From the NCBI GenBank assembly GCA_964461915.1, contig CAYWVD010000001.1:90211-154210 (forward strand): a stretch of 64,000 nucleotides of DNA, given 5' to 3'. Under the pieces are notes generated by a model. The model ran no database searches. It was not told the origin of the DNA and saw only the letters and a program-made list of their open reading frames with translations. How positions within the stretch are numbered: the stretch's first letter is position 1; every line of letters begins with the position of its first letter. Positions 1 through 9,758 of this stretch are shown one piece after another. The DNA is from an uncultured Candidatus Saccharibacteria bacterium. Lineage in GTDB: Bacteria; Patescibacteriota; Dojkabacteria; B142; OLB20. A program made the position numbers and the translations under genes.

Positions 1-7
1 TATTTCA

Positions 8-1189
8 TTGATAGGGATAGTCCTTTTGATTTCTGGATATTTTATAAACATTAAATTAAAGAAACAATCACATAAGTTGTGGTCCACCCTAGTTATCGCC
101 ATACTAGGATTGATAATCGCCAATATATTTTTCGGAGAATTCACAAGTAAGTTAAGTAATATTATATTTGGATTTTTAGGGCCAAAGACCAGTGGCCCTG
201 TAGTAAGCGAGGCTCAGCCGATGCTAGATATTTACAGCGAAATAACATTACTTCCGCCTAATGTAGTATTTTTTCAGTTAACTCTATTTGCGCTTTCTCT
301 TTGGGGATTTGTGAAGATGTTAAATGGTAAGAATTTGATTATTGCATTATTCGGCTTGTTTATAGCGGCTCTATCTTTTCATCGAATCCGATCGGAATAC
401 TATTTCGTTGTGTTATCGGCAATTTCGCTAGCATACCTTACCTTAACTAATCCTAAACTTTTCAAATATTTCATTATCTTGATCATAGGATTCGCACTTA
501 CTTTTTATATTAGTTGGGTAGGAGATCTTAAAAACCAGCAAAGTAGTCTGGCTTTTACTTCGGCAGATTACAAAATGGCGAATTGGATGAAAGAGAACCT
601 CCCGGCCCAAAACTTAGATGATCCTTCTAGGGTTGGTGTTTTAGCAGATTGGCAACTAGGCTATTTATATACTTACATAGCTAGCCAACCTTTACTTGCT
701 GAACCGAATTTCTGTAATAACTTAAAGCCAATAGAATTCTTTTTAATGCAGGATGAAGAGAAGGCATTTCAATATGCCAAAGACAATAGAATCAAATACA
801 TTGTTACTAAAGAACTTGATTATTCAAAATACTATTATTATTTATCTCAAACAGGTGCTTCGGATGATTTCGGTATAGTTAAAGCCCAGTATTTTGGAAA
901 GGAATCGATTTACTATGATCAAGAATACTATCAGAGAATGTTTTCGAGACTTTATAATTTTAATGGGCTATCAAGTAGTGCAGATGCCGTTTATACAATT
1001 GATAAATCTGGGCAGGCAACTAAATTTAATTCATTCGAAGAGGCCCGAAAAACTTCACCGGGCTCAACATATTATAGTAACGATAATAAGAAATCCTCCG
1101 TTCCATTAAACGATTTGAAACACTTCAAGCTTGTTCATATTGAGGCCGACTTGTCTGGTGGAGTAAAGCTATTTGAGGTTTTAGATTGA
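8..1189 (+). CDS. Partial (5' end outside window, TTG at window edge) polytopic membrane protein. Its C-terminal soluble region resembles the C-terminal domain of the YYY/GT-C-like protein at 36088-38205.
   Basis: N-terminal half is a series of hydrophobic helices. C-terminal 'DYKMANWMKENLP...KYIVTKELDYSKYYYY' aligns by eye with 'DYAMINWINTNV...KYIVVGDKE' of the 36088-38205 product. The ORF is open to the window edge. Confidence 0.4.
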   Translation: MIGIVLLISGYFINIKLKKQSHKLWSTLVIAILGLIIANIFFGEFTSKLSNIIFGFLGPKTSGPVVSEAQPMLDIYSEITLLPPNVVFFQLTLFALSLWGFVKMLNGKNLIIALFGLFIAALSFHRIRSEYYFVVLSAISLAYLTLTNPKLFKYFIILIIGFALTFYISWVGDLKNQQSSLAFTSADYKMANWMKENLPAQNLDDPSRVGVLADWQLGYLYTYIASQPLLAEPNFCNNLKPIEFFLMQDEEKAFQYAKDNRIKYIVTKELDYSKYYYYLSQTGASDDFGIVKAQYFGKESIYYDQEYYQRMFSRLYNFNGLSSSADAVYTIDKSGQATKFNSFEEARKTSPGSTYYSNDNKKSSVPLNDLKHFKLVHIEADLSGGVKLFEVLD

Positions 1190-1220
1190 TCTACTGTTTG
1201 TCTTTTCTGAATATTTGTTA

Positions 1221-1229
1221 TGATATAAT
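1221..1229 (+). promoter_or_regulatory. Extended -10 promoter element TGATATAAT, 7 nt upstream of the iscU-like ATG (possible leaderless or short-leader mRNA)
   Basis: Sequence tgaTATAAT at 1221-1229; no good -35 at 17 bp. Confidence 0.3.
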
Positions 1230-1235
1230 GAATAT

Positions 1236-1610
1236 ATGAATATTTACCAAGAAAAATTAATCGATAATTACGAAAACCCTAGAAATTATGGGGTTATTGA
1301 AGACCCTTCTGCTCGTGCAAGGCTGGAAAATCTTAGTTGTGGTGATTCAATTGAAGTATTTCTTAAAATCCAAGATGAAAAGATTGAGGATATAAAATTT
1401 TCCGGCGAGGGTTGCTCAGTTGCCGTTGCGAGTATGTCCGTATTGAGCGAATTTGTTAAAAATAAAACAATTGATGATATTCTAAAGATAAATTTAGAAA
1501 AAATTGTTGAACTTTTAGGTGTCGAATTGACTTTATCAAGACTGAAATGTGCAGGTCTAGGGCTTGAGACTTTAAAGAAGGCAATAGGGGATTACCTTGA
1601 ACGTAGTTAG
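1236..1610 (+). CDS. Fe-S cluster assembly scaffold, IscU/NifU/SufU family
   Basis: Three conserved Cys in scaffold contexts 'NLSCGDSIEV', 'SGEGCSVAVASMS', 'LKCAGLG'; 124 aa is typical of U-type scaffolds. Confidence 0.75.
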   Translation: MNIYQEKLIDNYENPRNYGVIEDPSARARLENLSCGDSIEVFLKIQDEKIEDIKFSGEGCSVAVASMSVLSEFVKNKTIDDILKINLEKIVELLGVELTLSRLKCAGLGLETLKKAIGDYLERS

Positions 1611-1632
1611 TAATTGAGTTATACTTTTATTA

Positions 1633-2001
1633 ATGGATACGGATAATAACAAAGAAAATTTAATAAAACATTTTTTGACTATTGCTCCAAAGCATTGTGA
1701 AAATTGTGGTGCTAAATATTCTGAAGCCGATTTCAATGTCATAAAATCTAGCCCTCAGGGTATAGTTTTACACTTAACCTGCCAAGCCTGTAAAAACAAC
1801 TTCGTTTTGAATGTAATGGGCTCTGCAAATGGCGTATTTGGAACTCAAAAAGTACCTTTAAATATTGATCTCGAAAGTGAAGCAGAGATGGACTATTTTG
1901 CTGGTAATGATGCAATATCTGAAGATGATGCATTAGATGTTTTTAATGCAATTCCCGCAAAATCAAAGCGAGAAGATATCGAAAAATTATTCCAGTTTTA
2001 A
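1633..2001 (+). CDS. Hypothetical protein with Cys4 zinc-ribbon-like N-terminus (CENCG...CQAC)
   Basis: CxxC...CxxC pairs; acidic C-terminus; no family recognised. Confidence 0.35.
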   Translation: MDTDNNKENLIKHFLTIAPKHCENCGAKYSEADFNVIKSSPQGIVLHLTCQACKNNFVLNVMGSANGVFGTQKVPLNIDLESEAEMDYFAGNDAISEDDALDVFNAIPAKSKREDIEKLFQF

Positions 2002-3081
2002 TATACTCATTTTTTCAAGTAACCGTTTTGAATAATCCTCGATATGGGTTGTGGCGATAAACGTTTGCGTATCAAGCTCCTCAATAATTTTTTCTAAGCT
2101 AATTTTATTTTCATCATCGAGTTCAGCCATGGCATCATCAAGCAGAATTATTGGCTTTATCCCTTTTGAATCAAAAATATATTGCCACATTGAGAGTTTA
2201 AACAGAAGCGTGGATATCCTTTGTTGTCCTCTTGAACCAAAAAGTTTTAGATCTTTTTCATTGTTCAAAATCATAAAGTCATCTTTATGAGGTCCGTAAA
2301 GGGTTTGTCCGGCAGCAATTTCTTTAAATCGATTTTCTTTGATTTTTTCCTCGAATTCTTTTTTAGGGTTTTCGGAATTAAATTTAGTTATGTAAACGAT
2401 TTCTAAGTTATTTAATTTTTCATTAAATTTAGACTTGGCTTTGGCATTCATTATTGGGTTGAGCCTTTCAATCAAATTTTTTCTTTCGATGATTAATTTG
2501 GCGCCGAGTTGAACTAATTTTGAATCCCAATAATCAAGTTGGTCGGCGCCTCCATTACCCTCGCTTAATGCTCTTAGAAGACTATTTCGAGTTTTAATCA
2601 ATTCTTTATATTCATTTAAAGTCAAAGCATATTTAAAATCAAATGAGGAAGCAAAATCATCAAGCTCAAGCCGTCTGATATCAGGGGAACTTGTTAGTAG
2701 ATTTGTATTATGCGGAGCAAAAAGGATTACTGAAATGTTATTGATAAACTTGGCCCTAATTGTGGCCTTAGTATTTACAAATAGCCGCTTCTTTTCATAT
2801 TCAATTTCGGGGCTGGTGGCAAATACTATCTTGAGTGCTTTTTGAATATCGTCTTCTTCAATATTGGCTTCAATGACAGCGAATTCGGGTTTTTCAAAAT
2901 TTACATTGTTTTTTAATGTATAAGGTTTGAATGATTTCGCTAAACTTAGATGATAAATTGAATCAAGGAAGTTAGATTTACCTGTTCCATTCTTTCCCAA
3001 AATCAGATTAAAGCCAGCCTGAGGCTCAAACTTCAGATTAAGATTCCTGAAATTATTAATATCTAGCTTTGTAATTACCAA
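1987..3081 (-). CDS. recF: DNA replication and repair protein RecF (TTG start)
   Basis: N-terminus 'LDINNFRNL' and Walker A 'GKNGTGKSNFLDSI', Walker B 'ILLDDAMAELD'; 364 aa. Confidence 0.85.
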   Translation of the reverse strand: MVITKLDINNFRNLNLKFEPQAGFNLILGKNGTGKSNFLDSIYHLSLAKSFKPYTLKNNVNFEKPEFAVIEANIEEDDIQKALKIVFATSPEIEYEKKRLFVNTKATIRAKFINNISVILFAPHNTNLLTSSPDIRRLELDDFASSFDFKYALTLNEYKELIKTRNSLLRALSEGNGGADQLDYWDSKLVQLGAKLIIERKNLIERLNPIMNAKAKSKFNEKLNNLEIVYITKFNSENPKKEFEEKIKENRFKEIAAGQTLYGPHKDDFMILNNEKDLKLFGSRGQQRISTLLFKLSMWQYIFDSKGIKPIILLDDAMAELDDENKISLEKIIEELDTQTFIATTHIEDYSKRLLEKMSILKLE

Positions 3082-3087
3082 TTGTGT

Positions 3088-4146
3088 TTATTTATTAATT
3101 TGGTTTTTTAACCATTCAATTGCTCTTTGCTGTAATAGCACGGTCACCAAATACCTTTTGCCTTCTTGAGTTTCGAGCTGACTTTTTGTTTTTTCGTCAG
3201 TGATTTTTGCTAATTCAGCATTGATCTCTTCATCTTTAATCAAGATCTTTTGATCTCTGATGATGTGTAAGAGCAATAGTTCTTCTGAGAATCTATTTTC
3301 AGTTTCTTTGATCCATCCTTCTCTAAGCTTTTCCATGGTAGTGTTTTGAACCTTCAAGAATTCATCAACTTTAAGGTTTAGATCCTCTAATTTTTTAATA
3401 TAATCTTTTTCTTTTGCTTGAACACTTTCATCGACTAATGATTTAGGAGCTTGGATCTTACACATTTTGACTGCTTCTTTGATAATCGAGTCTAACCAAG
3501 CGATTTCAGAATTCTTTTTGTTAGTATTTTCCAATTCTTTTCTGACTTGATCTTGTAGATCTTTTAATGTATTAAAACCTAGATTTAAAGATTTTACCAT
3601 TTCATCGTTAATGTCCGAAGATTTGATTTCGGGCTCTTTTTCGGGTTCTTTGCCTTCTTCCTTTTTCTCTTGAGATTTCAAGGCGTTTTTATAGTATTGA
3701 ACAATTTTTGTGACTTCATTTGCAATATCTTCATCTTTAACTTGCTTATCTTCTTTTTTAACTTTGATTTTTGAAAAATCGGGAAGTTTAATTTCGGGTA
3801 ATTCAACGAATTTTGCTTTAAATTCGACACCTTCGGTGTCTGTGAATTTAACTAGATCGTAATGAACTTGATTAAGAGGTGTCAGTTTAGATTCCTCTAA
3901 AATTTCTGCAGTAATTTCTGGGATTAACCTATTTAATGTTTCATCATAAACTTTGCTTGAAATCTGTGCTTCAATCAAGGCTCTGGGAGCTTTTCCTGGT
4001 CTAAAACCTGGCAAAGTGACCTCTTGAGATAATTTATTATATACTTTTTCTTTTGTTGACAAGAATTTTTCTGAATTGACTTTGATAGTAAGTTCTACAT
4101 CTCCGTCCTTATTAATTTCTTTTGTGAATGAATAGCTTTTATCCAT
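3088..4146 (-). CDS. tig: Trigger factor (short form, probably lacking a full PPIase domain); start taken at internal Met MDKSYSF
   Basis: Signature ribosome-binding motif 'GFRPGKAP' in the N-terminal domain; acidic and K-rich C-terminal arm. Confidence 0.7.
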   Translation of the reverse strand: MDKSYSFTKEINKDGDVELTIKVNSEKFLSTKEKVYNKLSQEVTLPGFRPGKAPRALIEAQISSKVYDETLNRLIPEITAEILEESKLTPLNQVHYDLVKFTDTEGVEFKAKFVELPEIKLPDFSKIKVKKEDKQVKDEDIANEVTKIVQYYKNALKSQEKKEEGKEPEKEPEIKSSDINDEMVKSLNLGFNTLKDLQDQVRKELENTNKKNSEIAWLDSIIKEAVKMCKIQAPKSLVDESVQAKEKDYIKKLEDLNLKVDEFLKVQNTTMEKLREGWIKETENRFSEELLLLHIIRDQKILIKDEEINAELAKITDEKTKSQLETQEGKRYLVTVLLQQRAIEWLKNQINK

Positions 4147-4227
4147 GTGTAATAAAAATATACTTAAATACAAGAGATAAGTATATCAGCACATATCAAT
4201 TTGGTAAATGTTTTATAAGGAGAATAA

Positions 4228-4422
4228 TTATTCAGCGTCATTCATTTCGGCTGGATCTTCTTCAGTAATTTTGATGTCGTCACCGCCAAAGTCAAAATCA
4301 CTCAAGCCGGCTTCTTCTGGATCGTAGTAGTCATCTCCATCGTCAATCTTTGAAGAATCATCAGCTACTGCTGAGGTTGTTGAAACATCATCGTCGTCTG
4401 AATAAATATTGTCGTCGTTCAT
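4228..4422 (-). CDS. Hyper-acidic small protein (64 aa, about 45% Asp/Glu)
   Basis: ORF with extreme D/E content (DDDD, DDGDDYYD); function unknown, could be spurious. Confidence 0.3.
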   Translation of the reverse strand: MNDDNIYSDDDDVSTTSAVADDSSKIDDGDDYYDPEEAGLSDFDFGGDDIKITEEDPAEMNDAE

Positions 4423-4464
4423 TTTGTGTAAAAATAATTAATCGTTTTATATTATTGTAAAAGA

Positions 4465-5541
4465 TTATTTAGTATACGGTAGTTTGTCAAGATATTTATT
4501 AAAAATATTTTGAATTTCATCATAATGATTTACTTGAACTAATTCACTTCGAAGTTTGGATGCCCCTTCTATTGATTTTATATACCAAGCTAAATGTTTT
4601 CGAAGCGGTAAAATGTTTTGCCCTAAGACTAATTTATGGCGATCTGAATGTTCAAGCATAATTTTAAAGAGTTCTTCAATTTTAATCGGATTTAAACCTT
4701 GTGACTCATTAAATAGCCATGGTTTTCCAAGTGAGCCTCTGCCAATCAAGACTCCATCCAGATTATATGTTTCAGATTTTTCGATGCCTTCTTTATAGGA
4801 CAGAATGTCTCCATTACCTAAGACTTTGATTTTTTTGTTTTTCGATTTTATTAAACCTGCTGCCTTAGCGATAGCTTCCCAATTAGCATTACCAGTATAT
4901 AGCTGTTTAAAAGTTCTGCCATGTATTGCAATACAATCCGGTTCGGATTCAACTAGATAAGGAATCCACCTTTCAATTTCGTCTTCATAATATCCGATGC
5001 GGGTTTTCACCGAAACTGCTATATCTTTATTTATAGAGACTTCTGTGCCGAGTCTTTCAAATTCCTTTATTGTCGCTTTCAATTTTCCTTTAATTTTATC
5101 TGGTAGGTTTTCTTTTGAATCTATTGAATAATTCTCGACCGTTTTTTTTACTGAAGAGATTATTCTTTGAGCAATCTCCGGAGTTTTGATCAAACCCGCT
5201 CCGGCACCTCTTTCGGCTACATTTTTAGAAGGGCAGCCCATATTAATATCAATTCCATCAAAGCCTAATTCAATAGCAATAATAGTCGCATACTCAAAAA
5301 GTTTGGGATCATTTCCGAAAAATTGCGCCACAATTGGTCTTTGGTCCTTTTGGTAGAGCAATTTTTCGAGGATCAGCTTTGGAGCGTGGATTAGGCTGTC
5401 TACATTAACAAATTCAGTATAAATAACATCGGGAAGACTATATTTGGCAGTTATATACCTAAAGGGCTCGTCACTAACCCCATCCATTGGGGCTAGGCCA
5501 ACAATCTTTTTATCGAACTTATTCCAAAATGACATGGCCAA
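4465..5541 (-). CDS. dus: tRNA-dihydrouridine synthase (Dus family, TIM barrel)
   Basis: 'LAPMDGVSDEPFRYI' N-terminal motif and 'DINMGCP' catalytic Cys motif. Confidence 0.85.
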   Translation of the reverse strand: MAMSFWNKFDKKIVGLAPMDGVSDEPFRYITAKYSLPDVIYTEFVNVDSLIHAPKLILEKLLYQKDQRPIVAQFFGNDPKLFEYATIIAIELGFDGIDINMGCPSKNVAERGAGAGLIKTPEIAQRIISSVKKTVENYSIDSKENLPDKIKGKLKATIKEFERLGTEVSINKDIAVSVKTRIGYYEDEIERWIPYLVESEPDCIAIHGRTFKQLYTGNANWEAIAKAAGLIKSKNKKIKVLGNGDILSYKEGIEKSETYNLDGVLIGRGSLGKPWLFNESQGLNPIKIEELFKIMLEHSDRHKLVLGQNILPLRKHLAWYIKSIEGASKLRSELVQVNHYDEIQNIFNKYLDKLPYTK

Positions 5542-5552
5542 TAATAAAAAAT

Positions 5553-6230
5553 TTAGATAATTTTTGTGACAATTCCTTTGATTTCAGCCGCAATATCTTC
5601 CGGGCTTCTTAATTTGCCATCTTTCATGCAATTGATGAGCTTCCAATCTTTGCGTTCCTTACATAATCTCATCATAACTGCTTTTGCGTGTATTTGTACT
5701 TGTATGTTTTTTTCATTAATATCCTTTTTGTTTTTTAAATATGCACGCGCAGCTTTTTTGCCATTCAATTCTTTGGTAACTTCGGGATCGACAGATAAAG
5801 CCAAAACCAGGTCTGGTTTTACCAAGTTTAATTCTTTAAAAGCTGTGGTTTCTAACCAGTCTAGGTATTCATTTTTATCTTTAAGGACTTTAAAAAATCC
5901 AGTTTGAAAAATCATGCTTGAAGTCATATAACGATTACAAATTACGGATTTACCTTGTTCGAGGTCCTTTTTAAAAACATCAGATGCATCTTTTTGATCA
6001 AGAAGATAAAAAATTGACCTTAAATAAGGGTTTATTCTTGTGCCAAAATCGCCCCTAAGCATTCTGCCAACAACTCCGCCCCAATAATTATCGTAATATC
6101 TAGGGAAGTCATAAGTCACGAACTTGTCTTCCCCATAAGTCTTTACAAGGTATTTCGTTAAAAGATCTAATTGAGTTGCCTTCCCTGAGCCATCTAATCC
6201 TTCAAAAATGATTAATTTCCCTTTTTTCAT
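5553..6230 (-). CDS. tmk: Thymidylate kinase
   Basis: P-loop 'IIFEGLDGSGKATQ'; 225 aa. Confidence 0.85.
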   Translation of the reverse strand: MKKGKLIIFEGLDGSGKATQLDLLTKYLVKTYGEDKFVTYDFPRYYDNYWGGVVGRMLRGDFGTRINPYLRSIFYLLDQKDASDVFKKDLEQGKSVICNRYMTSSMIFQTGFFKVLKDKNEYLDWLETTAFKELNLVKPDLVLALSVDPEVTKELNGKKAARAYLKNKKDINEKNIQVQIHAKAVMMRLCKERKDWKLINCMKDGKLRSPEDIAAEIKGIVTKII

Positions 6231-6388
6231 AAAAATTTATTTTAATAAATATTTTAAATGCCTTGATAGGACTTTTTTATGGGAATTACTATTTTTATCA
6301 TTATCTTTTACAAGTACAAAATTTGCAAGTTATTATTTTTTGCTTCGTTTAAGATTTGAACTCTTTAAATTTTTATTATTAAAAACTC

Positions 6389-7000
6389 ATGGAAAATACT
6401 TACACTTTACCCAAATTGGATTATTCATTTGATGCTCTCGAGCCATCAATTGATGCTCAAACAATGGAAATTCATTATTCCAAACATCATCAAACATATC
6501 TCGATAAATTTATAGCTGCAATTTCTACTAAGCCCGAACTTAACGGTAAGCCAATTGAGGGATTGATCAAGAACCTGTATCAATTACCAGAAGATGTTCA
6601 AATGTCAATTCGAAATATGGGGGGAGGATACTACAACCACAATCTATTTTGGAATTCTATATCACCTAAAAAAGTTATCCCAGAGGCCTTAAAATCTAAA
6701 ATAGTTGAAGATTTCGGAACTTTTGAAAAATTCCAAGAGCTATTTACAAATGCTGCGCTTGGACTTTTCGGTAGCGGTTGGGCATGGCTTGTTAAAGATA
6801 ATTCAACACAAAAACTAAAAATATTAACAACTCAAAACCAAGACAATCCGATTAGTTCGTCTGATGTGACTATTCTTCTTGCGCTGGATGTCTGGGAACA
6901 TGCATATTATTTGAAATATCAAAACAAAAGGGCAGACTATGTAACAGCCTTTTGGAACATAATCAATTGGGATTATGCATTTGAGAATTTCAAGAAGTAA
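6389..7000 (+). CDS. sod: Superoxide dismutase, Fe/Mn family
   Basis: 'HYSKHHQTY' and 'DVWEHAYYL' metal-ligand motifs; 203 aa. Confidence 0.9.
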   Translation: MENTYTLPKLDYSFDALEPSIDAQTMEIHYSKHHQTYLDKFIAAISTKPELNGKPIEGLIKNLYQLPEDVQMSIRNMGGGYYNHNLFWNSISPKKVIPEALKSKIVEDFGTFEKFQELFTNAALGLFGSGWAWLVKDNSTQKLKILTTQNQDNPISSSDVTILLALDVWEHAYYLKYQNKRADYVTAFWNIINWDYAFENFKK

Positions 7001-7029
7001 TCTGTATTAGTTGTAGGGTTATTTGCGAT

Positions 7030-7950
7030 TTATTCCTGAAGGAATTTTTCCACATCTAGTGCTGCCATACACCCCATTCCGGCTGCTGTTATTGCTTGTC
7101 TATATGAGCGGTCTTTGACATCACCTGCAACAAATACTCCTTCTATGCTGGTTTTTGATTTTTCTTTAACAACAATATATCCTTCGGAATCGAGTTCTAA
7201 TACCCCTTTAAAAAGTTCGGTAGAAGGTATATGTCCAATGGCAAGGAAGACTCCGTCTAATTTAATATCCTGGTCTTTATTTTCTTTGTTATTTAAAAGC
7301 CTCAATCCATTAACCACGGTTCCATCACCTAAAATCTCTTTGATTTCTGTATTCCAAAGAATCTCGACTTTAGGATTAGCCTTTATCTTATCCTGCATTA
7401 TTCTTGAAGCTCTTAACTTATCAGATCGGTTTATTAAAAAAACTTTTTTGGCAAATCTAGTCAAAAATTGAGCCTCCTCGATTGCGCTATCGCCACCTCC
7501 GACCATTGCGACAACTTTTTCTTTATAAAATGCACCATCACAAGTTGCGCAAACGCTTACTCCTTTTCCCCAGTATTTTCTTTCGCTTTCGATATTTAGC
7601 CTTCGTGATTTAGCGCCAGTAGCAACAATAATTGCTTTGGCTTGATATTCCTTACCATTAGCAATCACTTTCTTTATTTTTCCTGAAAAATCAACTTTTT
7701 CAACATCATTAAACTCTATAGTAGTACCAAATTTTTGTGCCTGTTGCATCATGTTTTGCATTAATACAGGGCCTTCGATCCCTTCTGGGAACCCGGGAAA
7801 GTTTTCAATGACGGTGGTTCCCATAAGTTGACCACCAAACTCAAGCCCTCCAAAGACTATTGGTTTAAGTCCGGCTCTAGCTGTGTAAATTGCGGCAGTA
7901 AGTCCTGCAGGGCCTGATCCTATTATGATTAATTCGTGAATTTTATCCAT
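7030..7950 (-). CDS. trxB: Thioredoxin-disulfide reductase
   Basis: 'IIGSGPAG' FAD site, redox-active 'CATCDG', second dinucleotide site 'VGGGDSA'. Confidence 0.9.
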   Translation of the reverse strand: MDKIHELIIIGSGPAGLTAAIYTARAGLKPIVFGGLEFGGQLMGTTVIENFPGFPEGIEGPVLMQNMMQQAQKFGTTIEFNDVEKVDFSGKIKKVIANGKEYQAKAIIVATGAKSRRLNIESERKYWGKGVSVCATCDGAFYKEKVVAMVGGGDSAIEEAQFLTRFAKKVFLINRSDKLRASRIMQDKIKANPKVEILWNTEIKEILGDGTVVNGLRLLNNKENKDQDIKLDGVFLAIGHIPSTELFKGVLELDSEGYIVVKEKSKTSIEGVFVAGDVKDRSYRQAITAAGMGCMAALDVEKFLQE

Positions 7951-8003
7951 GAAATTTTGAATGAGAAATTATGATAATAATATATCATATTTTTTTATAA
8001 CTA

Positions 8004-8405
8004 TTAGCCGACAATTTCTAAAGGGAGTCTTAGGATTCCTTTAGCGGCTTGTGGGACAATGAATACTCTTTTATCAATGTCCCTTGGATAATAAATCTTA
8101 TTTCTTAAAACAGTATCGCCATACAAATCATGGAGTGCAGGGACGCAAATTTTAGGCGTACATGAATTTTCAGTTCGTAAATTACAATCCCCGCATGGAA
8201 CAGAATACAAAATTTGTTCATATAAATCTGGGAGAGAATATAGGTCCATTAATACTCTTAAATTGGCAATTTCTATTACTTTACCCATACCTATAAATCT
8301 ATTTCCACTCCAAACCCTATTGAATGGATATTTTAATTCCGCTAACCTACAATAAAAAGGTACCTCCCCGAAATAGAGTTTGGGTAATGCAAATTTTTTA
8401 GACAT
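8004..8405 (-). CDS. Hypothetical Cys-rich protein (CGDC...C...C...H), downstream partner of 8398-8805
   Basis: ORF only; 'VPCGDCNLRTENSCTPKICVPALH' looks like a metal-binding cluster; no family recognised. Confidence 0.4.
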   Translation of the reverse strand: MSKKFALPKLYFGEVPFYCRLAELKYPFNRVWSGNRFIGMGKVIEIANLRVLMDLYSLPDLYEQILYSVPCGDCNLRTENSCTPKICVPALHDLYGDTVLRNKIYYPRDIDKRVFIVPQAAKGILRLPLEIVG

Positions 8406-8805
8406 AATTTGTATTTTGATAAATTACTAGCCGTCCTTCTTGATCAATCTCAACAGGTTTTGTAACGTATAAAAGTCGGTAAGGTATGATGACAATACCT
8501 GACGGATTGTAAGATCTTCCTGCATGGTTTGGAAATTGAGATTGAAAATAGACTTCAGGAAAACATTTGTTCGATCTATATAAACTGCAGCTTAAACACT
8601 TACCTAAAATCGCCAAACTATCTGAAAATATTCCATGAGAAGTCTCAAGTGTTTCGCCTATCTTTGTACCAGTAATAGTATCGTAAACATCCATGAGGAA
8701 ATTAAATATACCAACTCCATTAAATTCGGGTGGGCTTGATAATAACACTGCGTACAGTGCTGGACATCCTTTAGGAATATTTGAACCCTCTACCATATAT
8801 AGCAA
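8398..8805 (-). CDS. Hypothetical protein. It overlaps 8004-8405 by 8 nt in a different frame, so the two could be one frameshifted gene.
   Basis: ORF only; low-Lys composition, unlike neighbouring genes. Confidence 0.4.
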   Translation of the reverse strand: MLYMVEGSNIPKGCPALYAVLLSSPPEFNGVGIFNFLMDVYDTITGTKIGETLETSHGIFSDSLAILGKCLSCSLYRSNKCFPEVYFQSQFPNHAGRSYNPSGIVIIPYRLLYVTKPVEIDQEGRLVIYQNTNYV

Positions 8806-8871
8806 TATTACTAATTATATTATACACAATAAAGCCGGGAATATATAGAGGCTATATAGACTGAGGTCCGT

Positions 8872-9738
8872 CTAAAAAAACAAAATAACCAATCCTGCAG
8901 TAACTCCGATTATTCCTATAACTTTTTTAAGTGGAAGTTCGTCTTTGAATATTAACGCTGACATCAATGATAATAGGGCGACTGAAGCTGCATTAGCAGC
9001 ATTAATAAATCCAACGTTTGGGGCAAGATCAAAACCTACCTGCATAAAATAGTTAAAAACAGCAGAGGAAATTCCGATAAGTATAAGCACAATTAATTGC
9101 TTTGATGAGATTTTGAATACTGCAACTTTTTTAACTATGATCTCGCCAAAAATGAAAAACACAACAATAGACATTGAGTAGATCAATCTAGTGAACACTG
9201 GGACACCAATATTTAATAAATATTTTGCAGTTAATGCTAAAAATCCCCAGCAAAAGAATGCCCCAATAGTATATGGTAGCCAAGATTTGTTATATTCTGT
9301 GGATACTTGGTTTTTATTTTTATCGATCATTATCAAGGCGGAAAAGCCAACTATTAAAAAGATAGCAATAACAGATGTAATTGTTAAAGGTGCATTGAAT
9401 AAAAAGATTGAAACGATAGAGGTAAAAACAACGTAGCTTTTTGAAATGATAAGGCTATAGCCAGGGTTTGGTGATTTCTGAATTCCTTTTAGTGAGAAAA
9501 CATTACCCAGATAACTAAAAAATATTGCGGATATGATTATCAAAATAGATTCCAGAAGATTCAGTTCAAATCGGACATCGGAATTAGCCGCTAAAATCAA
9601 ATAAGGGAAAATTGGGATCAAAAACATCGCAAGATTAGTTAATTGTTGAGGTGTCTTTAATAGATTGCTTTTCCTGACAAACAGATACAATACAACTGAA
9701 GTAAAAAACATTATTATGCTAGCAATTATCCAGTTCAT
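8872..9738 (-). CDS. EamA/DMT-superfamily-like 10-TM transporter; start trimmed to the ATG at 9738
   Basis: About ten hydrophobic helices in two halves. The tracked ORF's first 27 codons are the complementary-strand reading of tRNA-Lys, so they are not coding. Confidence 0.55.
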   Translation of the reverse strand: MNWIIASIIMFFTSVVLYLFVRKSNLLKTPQQLTNLAMFLIPIFPYLILAANSDVRFELNLLESILIIISAIFFSYLGNVFSLKGIQKSPNPGYSLIISKSYVVFTSIVSIFLFNAPLTITSVIAIFLIVGFSALIMIDKNKNQVSTEYNKSWLPYTIGAFFCWGFLALTAKYLLNIGVPVFTRLIYSMSIVVFFIFGEIIVKKVAVFKISSKQLIVLILIGISSAVFNYFMQVGFDLAPNVGFINAANAASVALLSLMSALIFKDELPLKKVIGIIGVTAGLVILFF

Positions 9739-9758
9739 ATGTGAAGAATGTACAAAAA

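Noticed and set aside
894-1109. Short ORFs nested in or antisense to larger genes (for example 894-1109, 1748-1933, 2051-2290, 4556-4798, 5566-5907, 7115-7471, 16530-17027, 48750-49091, 56691-57109, 58684-59187)
   Set aside because: They lie entirely within well-supported longer genes on the same or opposite strand and have low-complexity translations. They are most likely spurious.
6208-6432. ORF 6208-6432 (74 aa) in the tmk/sod divergent intergenic region
   Set aside because: It overlaps the tmk start and the sod start region and is Phe/Leu-rich from an AT-rich spacer. It is more likely promoter DNA than a gene.
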